NCBI GenBank assembly: GCA_902475435.1
Contig: CABRZL010000001.1
Coordinates: forward strand, 19,817 to 83,816
Source: an uncultured Eubacteriales bacterium
GTDB lineage: Bacteria > Bacillota > Clostridia > Oscillospirales > Oscillospiraceae
Length of the DNA stretch: 64,000 nucleotides
Reading direction: 5' to 3'
The notes beneath the pieces are model-generated. The model did no database searches. It saw only the letters and a list, made by a program, of their open reading frames with translations, and had not been told where the DNA came from. Shown here in pieces: positions 17,681 through 28,379 of this stretch. Position 1 is the first letter of the stretch, and each line of letters opens with the position of its first letter. The position numbers were made by a program, and so were the translations under genes.

Positions 17681-17881
17681 TTATTTGTAGGGAATCAGTT
17701 CTTTGATCGCCGCAACATTGGTCTTGTCGGCATAGCCGCCATGACGCAGACGACGGGTCCGCTTGGTTTCCTTCTTGGTGAGGATGTGGCTTTTGTAAGC
17801 ACAAGCCTTCTTGACTTTTCCAGTCTTCGTCAGCTTAAATCTCTTTTTTGCACCAGAGTGCGTCTTGATCTTATTCGCCAT
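17681..17881 (-). CDS. rpmI: 50S ribosomal protein L35
   Basis: 66-aa [27 protein letters not shown]... Confidence 0.96.
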   Translation of the reverse strand: MANKIKTHSGAKKRFKLTKTGKVKKACAYKSHILTKKETKRTRRLRHGGYADKTNVAAIKELIPYK

Positions 17882-17914
17882 AATGGTGTGACTCCTTCCG
17901 TATGATAAAAGGTA

Positions 17915-18433
17915 TTACTTACTCGCTTTGGGACCAAGGAACATGGACATATGACGTCCATCCAGTTTCGCATCCTTATCCACATTGGCGATATCTTTAC
18001 ACATCTCGCCAAACCGAACCAAAAGCGTCTTTCCAATCTCGGTATGGGCCATCTCACGGCCTCGAAACCGAACCGTCACCTTGACACGATTACCGTCTTT
18101 CAAGAACTTCTGTGCATTCTTGACCTTGACATTAAAATCATTGGTATCGATACCGGGAGACATGCGGACTTCTTTGATTTCTGTCACATGCTGGTTCTTC
18201 TTTGCCTCTTTTTCCTTTTTGGTCTGTTCAAAGCGGAACTTCCCGTAATCCATAATCTTGCACACCGGAGGGGTGGCATTGGGCGCAATCTTGACCAGAT
18301 CAAGGCCAAGATCATATGCCTTGCTCAGGGCGTCACGGGGTGACATAATGCCAAGCTGTTCGCCGGTAGAACCAACGACGCGGACTTCCTTATCTCTGAT
18401 GTCCTCATTGAGCTGATGGTCTTGTTTGCTGAT
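17915..18433 (-). CDS. infC: Translation initiation factor IF-3 (probable non-canonical ATC start)
   Basis: IF-3 homology begins at ISKQDHQLNEDIRDKEVRVVG. GGAGG lies 8 nt upstream of the ATC at 18433-18431. The only upstream in-frame NTG (TTG 18481) sits inside a terminator hairpin. Confidence 0.9.
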   Translation of the reverse strand: MSKQDHQLNEDIRDKEVRVVGSTGEQLGIMSPRDALSKAYDLGLDLVKIAPNATPPVCKIMDYGKFRFEQTKKEKEAKKNQHVTEIKEVRMSPGIDTNDFNVKVKNAQKFLKDGNRVKVTVRFRGREMAHTEIGKTLLVRFGEMCKDIANVDKDAKLDGRHMSMFLGPKASK

Positions 18434-18570
18434 ATGAAACACCTCCAATAATAAACGCGGATGCCGCAGAGGCACCCGCAATAAAGACGCAAATCAACAA
18501 CGATCACGCTATCAAACCGCTTCGCTTTCGCCTGCGGTGAGGGCGGGGCCGCCGCTCCTACTTCCTTTTC
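18434..18570 (-). promoter_or_regulatory. infC operon leader with intrinsic attenuator (L20-leader-like)
   Basis: 5' UTR of about 140 nt. Terminator GCGGGUGCC-ucugc-GGCAUCCGC + GUUUAUUAUU (18447-18479) lies immediately before the RBS. Confidence 0.45.
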
Positions 18571-18576
18571 TAGAGG

Positions 18577-18605
18577 ATTATAGCATGTTTCTGATATTGT
18601 GTCAA
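18577..18605 (-). promoter_or_regulatory. Consensus promoter of infC-rpmI-rplT
   Basis: Minus strand reads TTGACA-17 nt-TATAAT with an extended TGc. Confidence 0.8.
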
Positions 18606-18680
18606 GAAAAAGTTCAATTTTTTTGGAAGAGAATAGCATCCCGGGGGAAACTCTGTTTCCTGACTTCTCTATACTTCTGG

Positions 18681-19151
18681 CTAACGGTTCAGGAACCAAA
18701 CCGCAGCATTGAGATAGCCGGCAAAGGTCACCCACAAGAGATAGGGAATCTGTAGCCTGGCGGCAGTCTTGTCCACCTTCCGGAAGGTCAGAATCATCCA
18801 CAGAATCAAGATCCACAGAAGGCACAGCCAAATCAAAGCAAAACCATATGCCTGCATTTGAAAAAAGATCGGACCCCAGAAGAAGTTCACCAATAATTGC
18901 ACAAAATAAATCTTCAAGCCGCAGCTGCGTGCTTTTGACGGATCGGAAAGGTCAATCCGTGCCGCCCCAACTCCCATCAGCACAAAAAGGATGGTCCATA
19001 CAATCGGAAATACAAATCCGGGCGGTGAAAACGGCGGTCGGATTGCCGCATAGTCTTTCATAGCCCCCGAGGTCAGCCAACCGGACAGCGCGCCAATAGC
19101 TTCTGTTAAAAAAATCCAAAAAGCATACGTCTTCCATGGTTTCTGTTTCAT
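18681..19151 (-). CDS. tspO: TspO/MBR family tryptophan-rich sensory protein
   Basis: 156-aa ORF with 5 TM segments and Trp-rich motifs (PPGFVFPIVWTILFVLMG, IPYLLWVTFAGYLN). Confidence 0.85.
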   Translation of the reverse strand: MKQKPWKTYAFWIFLTEAIGALSGWLTSGAMKDYAAIRPPFSPPGFVFPIVWTILFVLMGVGAARIDLSDPSKARSCGLKIYFVQLLVNFFWGPIFFQMQAYGFALIWLCLLWILILWMILTFRKVDKTAARLQIPYLLWVTFAGYLNAAVWFLNR

Positions 19152-19208
19152 ATGTTATCACCCAAAGATACCATATGCCAAAGGACCGTACTTTTATGCA
19201 CTGTTCTG

Positions 19209-19943
19209 TTATTTTTTCAAATATTCCTCCACCATTTGAAGCTGCTCCGGCGTGTTGACGCCGATAATCTGCATCCCCAAGTCTACACTGCAAAGGCCTA
19301 TCTCTCCGCCCCGTTTTCGCATTAGCTCCGGTACGTCCGTCAGGTAATACTCACATTGGGCATTGTCATTGGTCAAGAGCTCCAGGCAGGCCAGCAGTTC
19401 TTTGCAGTCAAACGCATAAACCCCGGCATTGAGCTCCCGAATTTTTTTCTGCTCCGGGGTACAATCTGAGTCCTCCAACACCCGAAGGAAATGTCCTGCT
19501 TCGTCTCGCAGAATCCGGCCATAGGGCAAATCCAGATCGCTGGTGCCTGTCAGGAAGGTACATGGGCAACCGTTTTTCTCGTGCTCTCTCAGCAGCGCCT
19601 GATAGGTCTCCTTCTGCAAAAGCGGCATATCTCCGCAGCAGACCAGCACAGTTCCGTCAAAGTTTTTGAGATATTCTTGCGCGCACTGGACCGCATGTCC
19701 CGTACCATTTTGCGGTTCCTGAACGGCATAGGAATATCCCGGAAATCGCTCCATCACCTGTTCCCGCATATATCCAACCACAAGAATAATATCCTTCTTT
19801 TCCAGGAACGACAGGGCCTCTAAAACATAATGGAGCAGCGGCATTCCATTGGCCTCCCGCAGCACTTTGGGCAAATGATAAGCTTCCGAATGCAGACGGG
19901 TTCCCTTGCCCGCCGCTAATACAACGGCTTTTACCTGTTTCAT
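19209..19943 (-). CDS. Sugar-1-phosphate nucleotidyltransferase, GlmU N-terminal (uridyltransferase) domain-like, stand-alone
   Basis: 244-aa ORF. Contains AVVLAAGKGTRL...LPKVL, GTGHAV, CCGDMPLL, NDNAQCEYYLTDV. No hexapeptide-repeat C-terminal domain. Confidence 0.85.
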   Translation of the reverse strand: MKQVKAVVLAAGKGTRLHSEAYHLPKVLREANGMPLLHYVLEALSFLEKKDIILVVGYMREQVMERFPGYSYAVQEPQNGTGHAVQCAQEYLKNFDGTVLVCCGDMPLLQKETYQALLREHEKNGCPCTFLTGTSDLDLPYGRILRDEAGHFLRVLEDSDCTPEQKKIRELNAGVYAFDCKELLACLELLTNDNAQCEYYLTDVPELMRKRGGEIGLCSVDLGMQIIGVNTPEQLQMVEEYLKK

Positions 19944-19946
19944 AAC

Positions 19947-20597
19947 TCAATCCTCCAATCCGGATAAAATCGCAATTCCAGCACTGGCGCCAATACGGCT
20001 GGCGCCGGCCGCAAGCATTTCCATTGCCTCTAAGCTACTATGAATTCCGCCGCTGGCTTTCACCAGCAGTCCGCCGGCGGACTGCTTCATCAGTGCCACA
20101 TCTTCCGCCTTTGCGCCTCCGGAGGAAAAACCGGTAGAGGTTTTGACATAGTCTGCCCCGGCATGTTTTGCTGCCTTACAGGCATGAACAATCTCCTCCC
20201 TTGTCAGCAAACAGGTTTCCAGAATTACCTTGAGCACCTGTTTCCGGCAGACCCCTCGAACCGCGCGAATATCCGCCTCTACGGCATCCCACTCTCCATC
20301 CTTGGCCCGCCCAATATCCATGACCATGTCAATCTCATCTGCTCCCAGATCTGCCATTGCCTTTGCCTCGGCAACTTTCGCAACAGAACAGCCCAGCGGG
20401 AATCCCACCACCACGCAGAGTTTGACCGCCGATCCAGCAAGATATTGTCTGGCCAAGGCCGCCCGGCCAGAATTCACGCACACAGACCAAAAATGATATT
20501 TCTTCGCCTCTGTACAGAGAGCCTCAATCTGCGCCGCGGTGGCATCCGGTTTCAGCAGGGTATGGTCAATCTTTTGTGCAAGTTCCAGTTTTGTCAT
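19947..20597 (-). CDS. deoC: Deoxyribose-phosphate aldolase
   Basis: Starts at MTKLELAQKIDHTLLKPDAT (GAGGAG RBS). The active-site Lys context is YVKTSTGF. Confidence 0.92.
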   Translation of the reverse strand: MTKLELAQKIDHTLLKPDATAAQIEALCTEAKKYHFWSVCVNSGRAALARQYLAGSAVKLCVVVGFPLGCSVAKVAEAKAMADLGADEIDMVMDIGRAKDGEWDAVEADIRAVRGVCRKQVLKVILETCLLTREEIVHACKAAKHAGADYVKTSTGFSSGGAKAEDVALMKQSAGGLLVKASGGIHSSLEAMEMLAAGASRIGASAGIAILSGLED

Positions 20598-20611
20598 GAC
20601 TGTATCTCCTC

Positions 20612-21385
20612 TCACCTCTGGGGGATTCGGAAAAAACGCATTCCATTTTCCATCGTAATGGCAGCTACTTCCTCTACGCTCATCCCCTTAATCTCAGCAA
20701 TCTTTTCCGCCACCTTGGGAACATAGCCGGAGTGGTTGCGTTTGCCCCGATAAGGTACCGGGGCCAAATATGGTGCGTCCGTTTCGATCATAATGCGGTC
20801 CATAGGCACCGCGGCCACAGCTTCTAACGCCCGTCTGGCGTTTTTAAAGGTAACAACACCAGTAAAACTCACATACCAGCCCAGCCGAACCAGCTCCATG
20901 GCCATTTCCGCACTACCGGAAAAGCAGTGGAACACACCCGGCACTTTGCCCGCCCAACGCCGAACAATCTCCATTCCATCCCCATGGGCTTCCCGTTCAT
21001 GAACCACTACGGGTTTTCCCAGCTCGTCGGCCAGCGCCATCTGCTGTTCAAACCAATACTGCTGAACTTTGCGAGGCACATTATCATAATGATAATCCAG
21101 ACCAATTTCTCCAATGGCCACTACTTTTTCTCCGGTCGCCATCTGCCGATAGCGTTCCAAATCTGCCTCTGTCATATCCCCTGTGTTGCCGGGCCATGTG
21201 CCCACCACTGCATATATATAGGGATGCGTCTCCGCCAGCTTTACCGAAGCCAGAGATGACGGCACATCACAGCCAATATTGTTGATCAGAGAAATACCCT
21301 GCCGGTGAATCGTTTCCAGCAGCTCCTCCCGATCCTGGTCAAAAGCCCTGTCGTCAAAGTGGGCATGGGTGTCGTAAAACATCAC
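20612..21385 (-). CDS. tatD: TatD family metal-dependent hydrolase
   Basis: 257-aa ORF. Contains [38 protein letters not shown]. Confidence 0.92.
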   Translation of the reverse strand: MMFYDTHAHFDDRAFDQDREELLETIHRQGISLINNIGCDVPSSLASVKLAETHPYIYAVVGTWPGNTGDMTEADLERYRQMATGEKVVAIGEIGLDYHYDNVPRKVQQYWFEQQMALADELGKPVVVHEREAHGDGMEIVRRWAGKVPGVFHCFSGSAEMAMELVRLGWYVSFTGVVTFKNARRALEAVAAVPMDRIMIETDAPYLAPVPYRGKRNHSGYVPKVAEKIAEIKGMSVEEVAAITMENGMRFFRIPQR

Positions 21386-23262
21386 TGATTCTCCTTTTCC
21401 CGAAGTTCCAGATATATCATCAGCACCGCCAAATCTGCCGGGCTGACTCCGGAGACTCGGGACGCCTGCCCAATATTCAGGGGCCGAATAGCGTTCAATT
21501 TCTGTCGAGCCTCCAGCCGAAGTCCCGTGATTTTCGTATAATCCATATCGGGAGGCAGCCTCCGGTTTTCTTCCTTTTGAAACTGTTCCACCTGCTTCAG
21601 CTGCCGTTGAATATATCCCGCATACTTTACCTGAATTTCCACTTCCTCCTGAATATCAGGCGGCAAATCCGGCCGTGTGGGATCATAAGCCCGCAAATTT
21701 TCATATTTCACCTGGGGCCGCCGGAGCAGATCCCCCATCCGCGCCGATCCCTTCACCGGCGCTGTTCCGACAGAGGTAAGATAAGCGTTGAGTTCCGGGC
21801 TTTCCGGTACACCGGATGTCTCCAGTCGACGTATTTCCTGTTGCACCTTTTGATATTTCTCCTGTACGGCGGCATAGCGCGCGTCTGAAACCAGTCCAAC
21901 CCGGTGGCCTATCCCAGCCAAACGTTCATCGGCATTGTCCTGCCGCAGCATCAGCCGGTACTCTGTTCGGCTGGTCATCATCCGATAGGGTTCATTCGTT
22001 CCTTTCGTCACCAGATCGTCTATGAGCGTACCAATATAGGCGTCGCTGCGGCGGAGCACCATGGGTTCCCGCCCCTGCAACTTCAGCGCCGCATTGATTC
22101 CAGCCACCAGCCCCTGAGCCGCAGCCTCTTCATAACCCGATGAACCGTTAAACTGTCCAGCCCCATAGAGCCCCGAAATGTTTTTGCACTCCAATGTTGG
22201 GAACAACTCTGTGGGATCAATGCAGTCATACTCAATGGCATACGCCGGCCGCATCATTTCTGCATGCTGTAAACCCGGAACAGTACGCATCATTCGAATC
22301 TGCACATCTTCAGGCAGAGAGGAGGAAAACCCCTGAATATACATCTCATCCGTATGGAGGCCGCAGGGCTCAATAAACAACTGATGCCGCGGTTTATCTG
22401 GAAACCGGACAATCTTATCTTCAATGGAAGGGCAATAACGCGGCCCAACTCCCTCAATTACGCCAGAGAACAGAGGACTCCGATCCAGATTTTCCCGGAT
22501 TACCTGATGCGTTTCTGCATTTGTATAGGTGAGATAGCACACCGCACGGTTTTTGGGGACTTCCGCAGTGGTAAAGCTAAACGGCACTGGTATTTCATCG
22601 CCTGGCTGCAACTCCATCTGCGAAAAATCAATGCTTCGCCGGTTTACCCGGGGCGGAGTTCCGGTCTTAAATCGGCGGAGATTCAGACCCATATCCCGCA
22701 GACAGTCCGACAGCCCCAATGCTGCATGCATCCCATCGGGACCGGACTCATAGACGCACTCTCCAGTAATGACGCGGCTGGAAAGGTAGGTTCCAGAACA
22801 GACAATCGCTGCGCGAACCGGATAGACCGCCCCGAGCTGTGTTTTCACTGCGCAAACCTTTCCATCTTCTGTTCGTATTTCCGTAATCATGGCCTGTTTG
22901 AGTTCCAGATTTTCCTGCTGTTCCAAAACATGCTTCATGATTTCCTGGTATTTTCTTCGATCTGCCTGGGCGCGCAGGGAGTGTACTGCGGGTCCTTTCC
23001 CCCGGTTCAGCATTCGAAATTGAATGCATGCCTGATCCGCAGCCTTAGCCATTTCTCCCCCCAGCGCGTCAATTTCTCGAACCAAATGCCCCTTGCCGGT
23101 ACCTCCAATGGCGGGATTACAGGGCATATTGCCCACCGCATCCAGATTAATGGTAAACACCACCGTACGAAGGCCCAGCCTGGCTGCCGCCAACCCGGCC
23201 TCGATGCCCGCATGTCCCGCGCCAATCACCGCGATATCATAGCCCTCAGCCAAATACTCCAT
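21382..23262 (-). CDS. mnmG: tRNA uridine 5-carboxymethylaminomethyl modification enzyme MnmG (GidA)
   Basis: [15 protein letters not shown]..., [20 protein letters not shown]. The start is taken at the ATG at 23262 (AGGTGA RBS); the ORF track start is 23289. Confidence 0.95.
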   Translation of the reverse strand: MEYLAEGYDIAVIGAGHAGIEAGLAAARLGLRTVVFTINLDAVGNMPCNPAIGGTGKGHLVREIDALGGEMAKAADQACIQFRMLNRGKGPAVHSLRAQADRRKYQEIMKHVLEQQENLELKQAMITEIRTEDGKVCAVKTQLGAVYPVRAAIVCSGTYLSSRVITGECVYESGPDGMHAALGLSDCLRDMGLNLRRFKTGTPPRVNRRSIDFSQMELQPGDEIPVPFSFTTAEVPKNRAVCYLTYTNAETHQVIRENLDRSPLFSGVIEGVGPRYCPSIEDKIVRFPDKPRHQLFIEPCGLHTDEMYIQGFSSSLPEDVQIRMMRTVPGLQHAEMMRPAYAIEYDCIDPTELFPTLECKNISGLYGAGQFNGSSGYEEAAAQGLVAGINAALKLQGREPMVLRRSDAYIGTLIDDLVTKGTNEPYRMMTSRTEYRLMLRQDNADERLAGIGHRVGLVSDARYAAVQEKYQKVQQEIRRLETSGVPESPELNAYLTSVGTAPVKGSARMGDLLRRPQVKYENLRAYDPTRPDLPPDIQEEVEIQVKYAGYIQRQLKQVEQFQKEENRRLPPDMDYTKITGLRLEARQKLNAIRPLNIGQASRVSGVSPADLAVLMIYLELREKENQ

Positions 23263-23458
23263 ATGTTTCACCTGAATCTCATAAATCATACTATCTGCTA
23301 TTGTACCATGTTTTCTGATTCATTGCTACCGTTTTTCTCTTTTTTCTCGGATCTCTTTCCTGCAAACATCTTGTGTTTTATATAAAACTATGATAGAATA
23401 AATGATTGTGATTGAATTTATTGAGCGGATGAAACTATTCTGAAGGGAGTTACCTGTT

Positions 23459-25291
23459 TTGGTAAACGAAAAAATCAGGAATGTGGCGATTATCGCCCAT
23501 GTTGACCATGGCAAAACCACTCTGGTGGACCAGATGCTCAAACAGAGCGGCATTTATCGGGAAAACCAGGAAGTGGTGGAACGCGTCATGGACTCGAACG
23601 ATCTGGAGCGGGAACGCGGCATTACCATCCTGGCAAAAAACACCGCCGTCACTTACGGCGATACAAAAATCAACATTGTAGACACCCCAGGTCATGCGGA
23701 CTTTGGTGGCGAAGTAGAACGCGTCCTCAAGATGGTCAACGGCGTCATTCTTTTGGTAGACGCCGCAGAAGGTCCTATGCCGCAAACCAGGTTTGTGCTG
23801 AGCAAAGCGCTGGAATTGGGTCATCGGGTCATCGTTGTGGTCAACAAAATTGACCGTCCCGATCAACGTGTCCTGGAAGTTGTGGATGAAGTCCTGGAAT
23901 TGCTGATCGATTTAGACGCCACCGACGATCAGTTGGAAAGCCCTATGCTCTTCTGTTCCGGCCGGCAGGGCACAGCTTCCTATTCCCCAGATGTTCCCGG
24001 CACAGACCTAAAGCCCTTATTTGACACCATTCTGAACTATATTCCCGCACCTGAAGCAGATGTGGATCAACCGTTCCAGATGCTGGTATCTTCCATTGAT
24101 TACAGTGACTTTGTGGGCCGGATTGCGATCGGCCGCATTGAGCGGGGTGTGATTCATCAAAACGACGAGATCGTGGTATGCAATTACCACGATCCGGATA
24201 CCGTTTCCAAAAAGCTGAAAGCCGTCTCCATGTACGAATTTGACGGACTCTCCAGAGTTCCTGTCACAACTGCCACGGCCGGTAATATCATTGCCCTGTC
24301 CGGCATCGGGAACATCACCATCGGAGATACCATTTGTGCCCCTGTAGCAATTGAACCGCTGGATTTTGTAAAAATCTCCGCACCTACCATGGAGATGACC
24401 TTTACCATCAACGATTCTCCTTTCGCCGGACGGGAGGGGAAATACGTCACATCCCGTCAAATCCGTGATCGCCTCCAGCGGGAGCTCCTAAAGGATGTTT
24501 CCCTGCGTGTAACCGAGGACGAAGGCGCTACAGATGCTTTCCATGTAGCCGGCCGTGGTGAAATGCATCTCAGTATTCTTATCGAAACCATGCGCCGGGA
24601 GGGCTATGAATTTCAAGTCTCCCCGCCAAAGGTCCTGTATCAGGAAATCGACGGCGTTCGGTGCGAACCAATGGAGCAGCTGGTCTGCGACGTACCTTCC
24701 GACTGTGTAGGCGCTGTAATCGAAAAAATGGGGAACCGCAAGGGCGACCTCTTGGAAATGACCCCCGTTGGCACCACGCGCATGAAGCTCACATTCCTGG
24801 TTCCTTCCCGGGGACTGTTTGGCTATCGGAACGAGTTCTTGACCGACACCAAAGGGGAAGGAATTATGGCCTCCATCTTTGATTCATACCAACCCTACAA
24901 AGGTGAAATTCAGCGCCGCCGTACCGGTTCCCTGGTTTCTTTTGAGACTGGCGAATCCATTACCTATGGCCTGTTTAATGCACAGGAACGCGGCACGCTA
25001 TTCATAGGCCCCGGAGTCCCTGTGTACGAGGGCATGGTCATTGGCTCCAATCCCCGCATGGAGGATATCACCGTCAACGTGTGCAAGGCCAAGCATCTGA
25101 CCAATACCCGCGCCTCTGGTTCTGACGACGCGCTGCGACTGATTCCCCCCAAGCAGATGAGCCTGGAACAATGCCTGGAATATCTTGCTGACGACGAACT
25201 TTTGGAAGTAACTCCGAAAACACTGCGTATCCGCAAACGGATTTTGAATCATGCGGATCGTATGAAGGCCCTCAAGGGCGGTAAAAAATAA
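23459..25291 (+). CDS. typA: Translational GTPase TypA/BipA
   Basis: 610-aa ORF with a TTG start. Contains [38 protein letters not shown]. Confidence 0.95.
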   Translation: MVNEKIRNVAIIAHVDHGKTTLVDQMLKQSGIYRENQEVVERVMDSNDLERERGITILAKNTAVTYGDTKINIVDTPGHADFGGEVERVLKMVNGVILLVDAAEGPMPQTRFVLSKALELGHRVIVVVNKIDRPDQRVLEVVDEVLELLIDLDATDDQLESPMLFCSGRQGTASYSPDVPGTDLKPLFDTILNYIPAPEADVDQPFQMLVSSIDYSDFVGRIAIGRIERGVIHQNDEIVVCNYHDPDTVSKKLKAVSMYEFDGLSRVPVTTATAGNIIALSGIGNITIGDTICAPVAIEPLDFVKISAPTMEMTFTINDSPFAGREGKYVTSRQIRDRLQRELLKDVSLRVTEDEGATDAFHVAGRGEMHLSILIETMRREGYEFQVSPPKVLYQEIDGVRCEPMEQLVCDVPSDCVGAVIEKMGNRKGDLLEMTPVGTTRMKLTFLVPSRGLFGYRNEFLTDTKGEGIMASIFDSYQPYKGEIQRRRTGSLVSFETGESITYGLFNAQERGTLFIGPGVPVYEGMVIGSNPRMEDITVNVCKAKHLTNTRASGSDDALRLIPPKQMSLEQCLEYLADDELLEVTPKTLRIRKRILNHADRMKALKGGKK

Positions 25292-25300
25292 CGATTTCAT

Positions 25301-25336
25301 AGGCAGCGCGCCAAATCTGGGGCGCTGCCTGTTTAT
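25301..25336 (+). terminator. Terminator after typA
   Basis: AGGCAGCGC-loop-GCGCTGCCT followed by GTTTAT. Confidence 0.6.
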
Positions 25337-25352
25337 ACAAAGGAGGCGCATC

Positions 25353-26690
25353 ATGATTCCTGCAGAATTTCTCAATCGTATGCAGACCATGCTGGGATCA
25401 GAATACGAGGATTTTCTCAACTCCTACGATCGTCCTCTGCAAAAAGGACTGCGATTCGGCCACAAAGCGGATGGTCAGGACCTGACGCTCCCCTTCGATC
25501 TCACTCCGATACCTTGGGCCCCACGGGGATTCAGTTACCAGCCTGAGTATCGTCCCGGTAAACATCCATATCACGAAGCCGGACTTTATTACCTTCAGGA
25601 ACCCTCCGCAATGGCTCCTGCTGCGCTTCTACACCCATCTCCCGGAGACCGGGTATTGGACCTCTGCGCCGCCCCCGGCGGGAAAGCCACCCAACTGGCA
25701 GATTTTCTGAACGGAAAGGGTCTGCTTGTATGCAATGAAATTCATCCCAAACGCGCAAAAATACTCTCCCGAAATATCGAACGCATGGGTATTGCTAACG
25801 CGTTGGTGCTGAACATGCATCCTCGGGATTTGGAAACGTTATTTATAAACTTTTTTGACAAGATTTTGGTGGACGCTCCCTGTTCCGGTGAAGGTATGTT
25901 TCGCAAGGAAGCGGCTTCCGTCACGGATTGGAGTCCTGAAACAGTATTGATGTGCGCAGCCCGGCAGAAAGAGATTCTCCGTTCTGCGGCTGCAATGCTT
26001 CGTCCTGGAGGAACACTCTGCTATTCCACGTGTACATTTTCTCCGGAAGAAAACGAAGGCGTCATGGCATGGTTCCTGGAGGAATATCCGGAATTCTCCC
26101 CAGTAGAAACGGAGGCCCCCTGGTTTGCTCCGGCCCATCCCGAATGGGCGAAACCGGAGAATCCGCAGCTCCGTCACGGATTTCGGCTGTGGCCGCACAA
26201 GTTGGCTGGAGAAGGACATTTTATTATGCTTTTACAGAAACAGAACGACGGAAATACTTTTCATTCTAACAGCAGCATTTTCGCATCCATAAAAGCGCCT
26301 AAAGAATTACGATCCTTCCTAACAGAATTAAACATTCAGCTTCCAAACGGGCAACTAGTCTCATTTGGTTCTTCCCTTTACCTTTTACCGCCGGAAGCAC
26401 CGGATCTCAACAGGCTCAAGGTCCTGCGTCCAGGCTTAGAATTGGGCGTCTTAAAAAAAGGCCGATTTGAACCTTCTCATGCCCTTGCCATCTGGCTTCG
26501 TTCCTGCGAGCAAATCGCAGATTTTCCGGCAGACTCTCCAGAAATTCTCGATTATCTCCATGGACAGGTGCTACACGGAAACCATAAGGGCTGGACCCTC
26601 GTGACGGTGGACAGACTCAGTTTAGGCTGGGCCAAAGGCGCTGACGGTCAGCTGAAAAACCATTTTCCAAAGGGACTCCGCTGGGTCTAA
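25353..26690 (+). CDS. NOL1/NOP2/Sun-family rRNA (cytosine-C5) methyltransferase, RsmF-like
   Basis: 445-aa ORF. Contains DLCAAPGGKATQLA, DAPCSGEGMFRK, YSTCTFSPEENE. Confidence 0.88.
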   Translation: MIPAEFLNRMQTMLGSEYEDFLNSYDRPLQKGLRFGHKADGQDLTLPFDLTPIPWAPRGFSYQPEYRPGKHPYHEAGLYYLQEPSAMAPAALLHPSPGDRVLDLCAAPGGKATQLADFLNGKGLLVCNEIHPKRAKILSRNIERMGIANALVLNMHPRDLETLFINFFDKILVDAPCSGEGMFRKEAASVTDWSPETVLMCAARQKEILRSAAAMLRPGGTLCYSTCTFSPEENEGVMAWFLEEYPEFSPVETEAPWFAPAHPEWAKPENPQLRHGFRLWPHKLAGEGHFIMLLQKQNDGNTFHSNSSIFASIKAPKELRSFLTELNIQLPNGQLVSFGSSLYLLPPEAPDLNRLKVLRPGLELGVLKKGRFEPSHALAIWLRSCEQIADFPADSPEILDYLHGQVLHGNHKGWTLVTVDRLSLGWAKGADGQLKNHFPKGLRWV

Positions 26691-26695
26691 TCCAA

Positions 26696-26740
26696 AGAGC
26701 GGATCCTGCGGCATACGCCGCAGGATCCGCTCTCTTTATC
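26696..26740. terminator. Bidirectional terminator between convergent genes
   Basis: 17-bp stem AGAGCGGATCCTGCGGC-atac-GCCGCAGGATCCGCTCT with A/T flanks. Confidence 0.8.
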
Positions 26741-26745
26741 ATAGA

Positions 26746-28302
26746 TTACAAACCGTAATAATCAATCAGCCGAATGAGAAGCGTCGCAAGCTGCTCACGC
26801 GGGGTATTGTTTTGCGGGCACAACGTTGTTGGTGTAACACCATTCACTAAGCCCGTTCCGACTGCCCACTGCATGGGTTCCAATGCAAATGCCCCAACGC
26901 GGCCTTGATCGGTAAATCCATTCAGGGATGCAGACTCAGAAACATCCTCTCCCAAATACTTCGCATATCGATACAATACCGTCACCAACTGCTCCCGAGT
27001 AGCCGGTCCATTCGGAGAGAAAATGCTTCCGCCCATGCCATTAACAATATCATTTTCTGCCGCCCAGTCCACTGCATCCGCATAATACATATATTGTGGT
27101 ACATCGGTAAATCCACTGTCTCTGGTGCTGGCAGGGCTTCCGTTTAATCTCCAAAGCACTGTCACCAGCATTCCACGTGTGATCTCCATCCCCGGAGAGA
27201 ATGTATAGGTACTGGTACCCTGGAACAGATTCAGTTCTGTTGCTCTCAAAATATTGTCATAATGGCCATTTGTCTTCGGCACATCATTAAACGGCATTGC
27301 CGGATCATAATCGTACGGGCTGATCGGATAATTGCTCCGGAACTCCTCCGTGCGGTACTCATCCTCGCTGGTATGGCTTCCTCCATCAAAATTATTCGAT
27401 CCCAACAGGTACCAATCCCGTCCGCTGTATGACTCCGCATCCCAAGTGGAATCTACGTTGTACCAAATTTCCTTCAGATATACAATGTTCCATGCATGAT
27501 TGTAACTTGTGATAATCCGCACAGGAAGATCCACATACCAGCAAAGCGCATAGTACAAAGCTGCATACCCCTGGCATACTGCTTCTCCATCCATCAGCGC
27601 GCCATATGCGGTAAAAATGTAGTAGTCTTCGTTGCCCCTGATGCTATCCTCAATCGTATCCAGCCCCGCATAGTCATAATCCACATGGCTGGTGATATAG
27701 TCATAAATTGCCGTGTAAGCATCGTATGGCTCCATATTTGCCAGTCCCAGAGTTCCGGCAAGCTGTTCAATCCCCCGAGCCAGCTGTGCTTCTTCCGAAG
27801 CATTCGTATAATATATCAGCTCTACTTGAAATGCATACTGATTTCCGCTATAGCTCATCAGCTGCCAACCGTATTGGGACCAACTCCATTTCAGATAATC
27901 TCCATCATAAGGGCATTGCGCTAACTCCTGGCTGTATGCCATTGGGAAAAAATCCTCAGTAAACCAGTTCGTCTGACCATCTACCAGCCAAAAATCATTG
28001 GTTGTAATATATAGCGTGACTGAACTCTGGCGGTTCACCATTGCTTGACGGAGCTGATCCGCTGCTTGCGTGGGAGTGACATAGGTAGCTTCCTTGGTTT
28101 CCGCTTCCGTCCACTCATCGCTCTGTGTTTCCGCATCTTCTCTTTCCGGAGTCGGAACATTGGCATATAGCGGATTCTGTACCGTACCGGATATGTATTG
28201 CAGCTGATCACCGGACACATCCGCTGCCCCGGCAGTGATTGGCACCGTCAAGCTCATTAGAACTGCCAGTACCAAGCAAATACTTAAAAGACGTTTTTTC
28301 AT
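26746..28302 (-). CDS. Secreted transglutaminase-like (Cys-protease fold) protein with 3 C-terminal SLH domains
   Basis: The start is trimmed to MKKRLLSICLVLAVLMSL (signal peptide, GGAGG RBS). The Cys/His/Asp core is visible as VCQGYA ... NHAWN ... NVDSTWD. The SLH repeats begin FNDVP, FTDVP, FTDQG. Confidence 0.82.
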   Translation of the reverse strand: MKKRLLSICLVLAVLMSLTVPITAGAADVSGDQLQYISGTVQNPLYANVPTPEREDAETQSDEWTEAETKEATYVTPTQAADQLRQAMVNRQSSVTLYITTNDFWLVDGQTNWFTEDFFPMAYSQELAQCPYDGDYLKWSWSQYGWQLMSYSGNQYAFQVELIYYTNASEEAQLARGIEQLAGTLGLANMEPYDAYTAIYDYITSHVDYDYAGLDTIEDSIRGNEDYYIFTAYGALMDGEAVCQGYAALYYALCWYVDLPVRIITSYNHAWNIVYLKEIWYNVDSTWDAESYSGRDWYLLGSNNFDGGSHTSEDEYRTEEFRSNYPISPYDYDPAMPFNDVPKTNGHYDNILRATELNLFQGTSTYTFSPGMEITRGMLVTVLWRLNGSPASTRDSGFTDVPQYMYYADAVDWAAENDIVNGMGGSIFSPNGPATREQLVTVLYRYAKYLGEDVSESASLNGFTDQGRVGAFALEPMQWAVGTGLVNGVTPTTLCPQNNTPREQLATLLIRLIDYYGL

Positions 28303-28379
28303 ATCAGCTTTCCTCCTCTTTTTTCGTAGCTCTATTCTATCGAATTTATAGCGGCAAGTCAATAAAGAAAAATTACATA

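Noticed and set aside
22354-23385. 343-aa plus-strand ORF across the mnmG 5' half.
   Set aside because: It is antisense to a highly conserved mnmG frame and has no recognisable motifs or RBS. It is a shadow ORF. The same reasoning applies to 35128-35994 (antisense to tsaC), 53055-53999 (antisense to dnaJ), 55966-56580 (antisense to prs) and 52296-53048.
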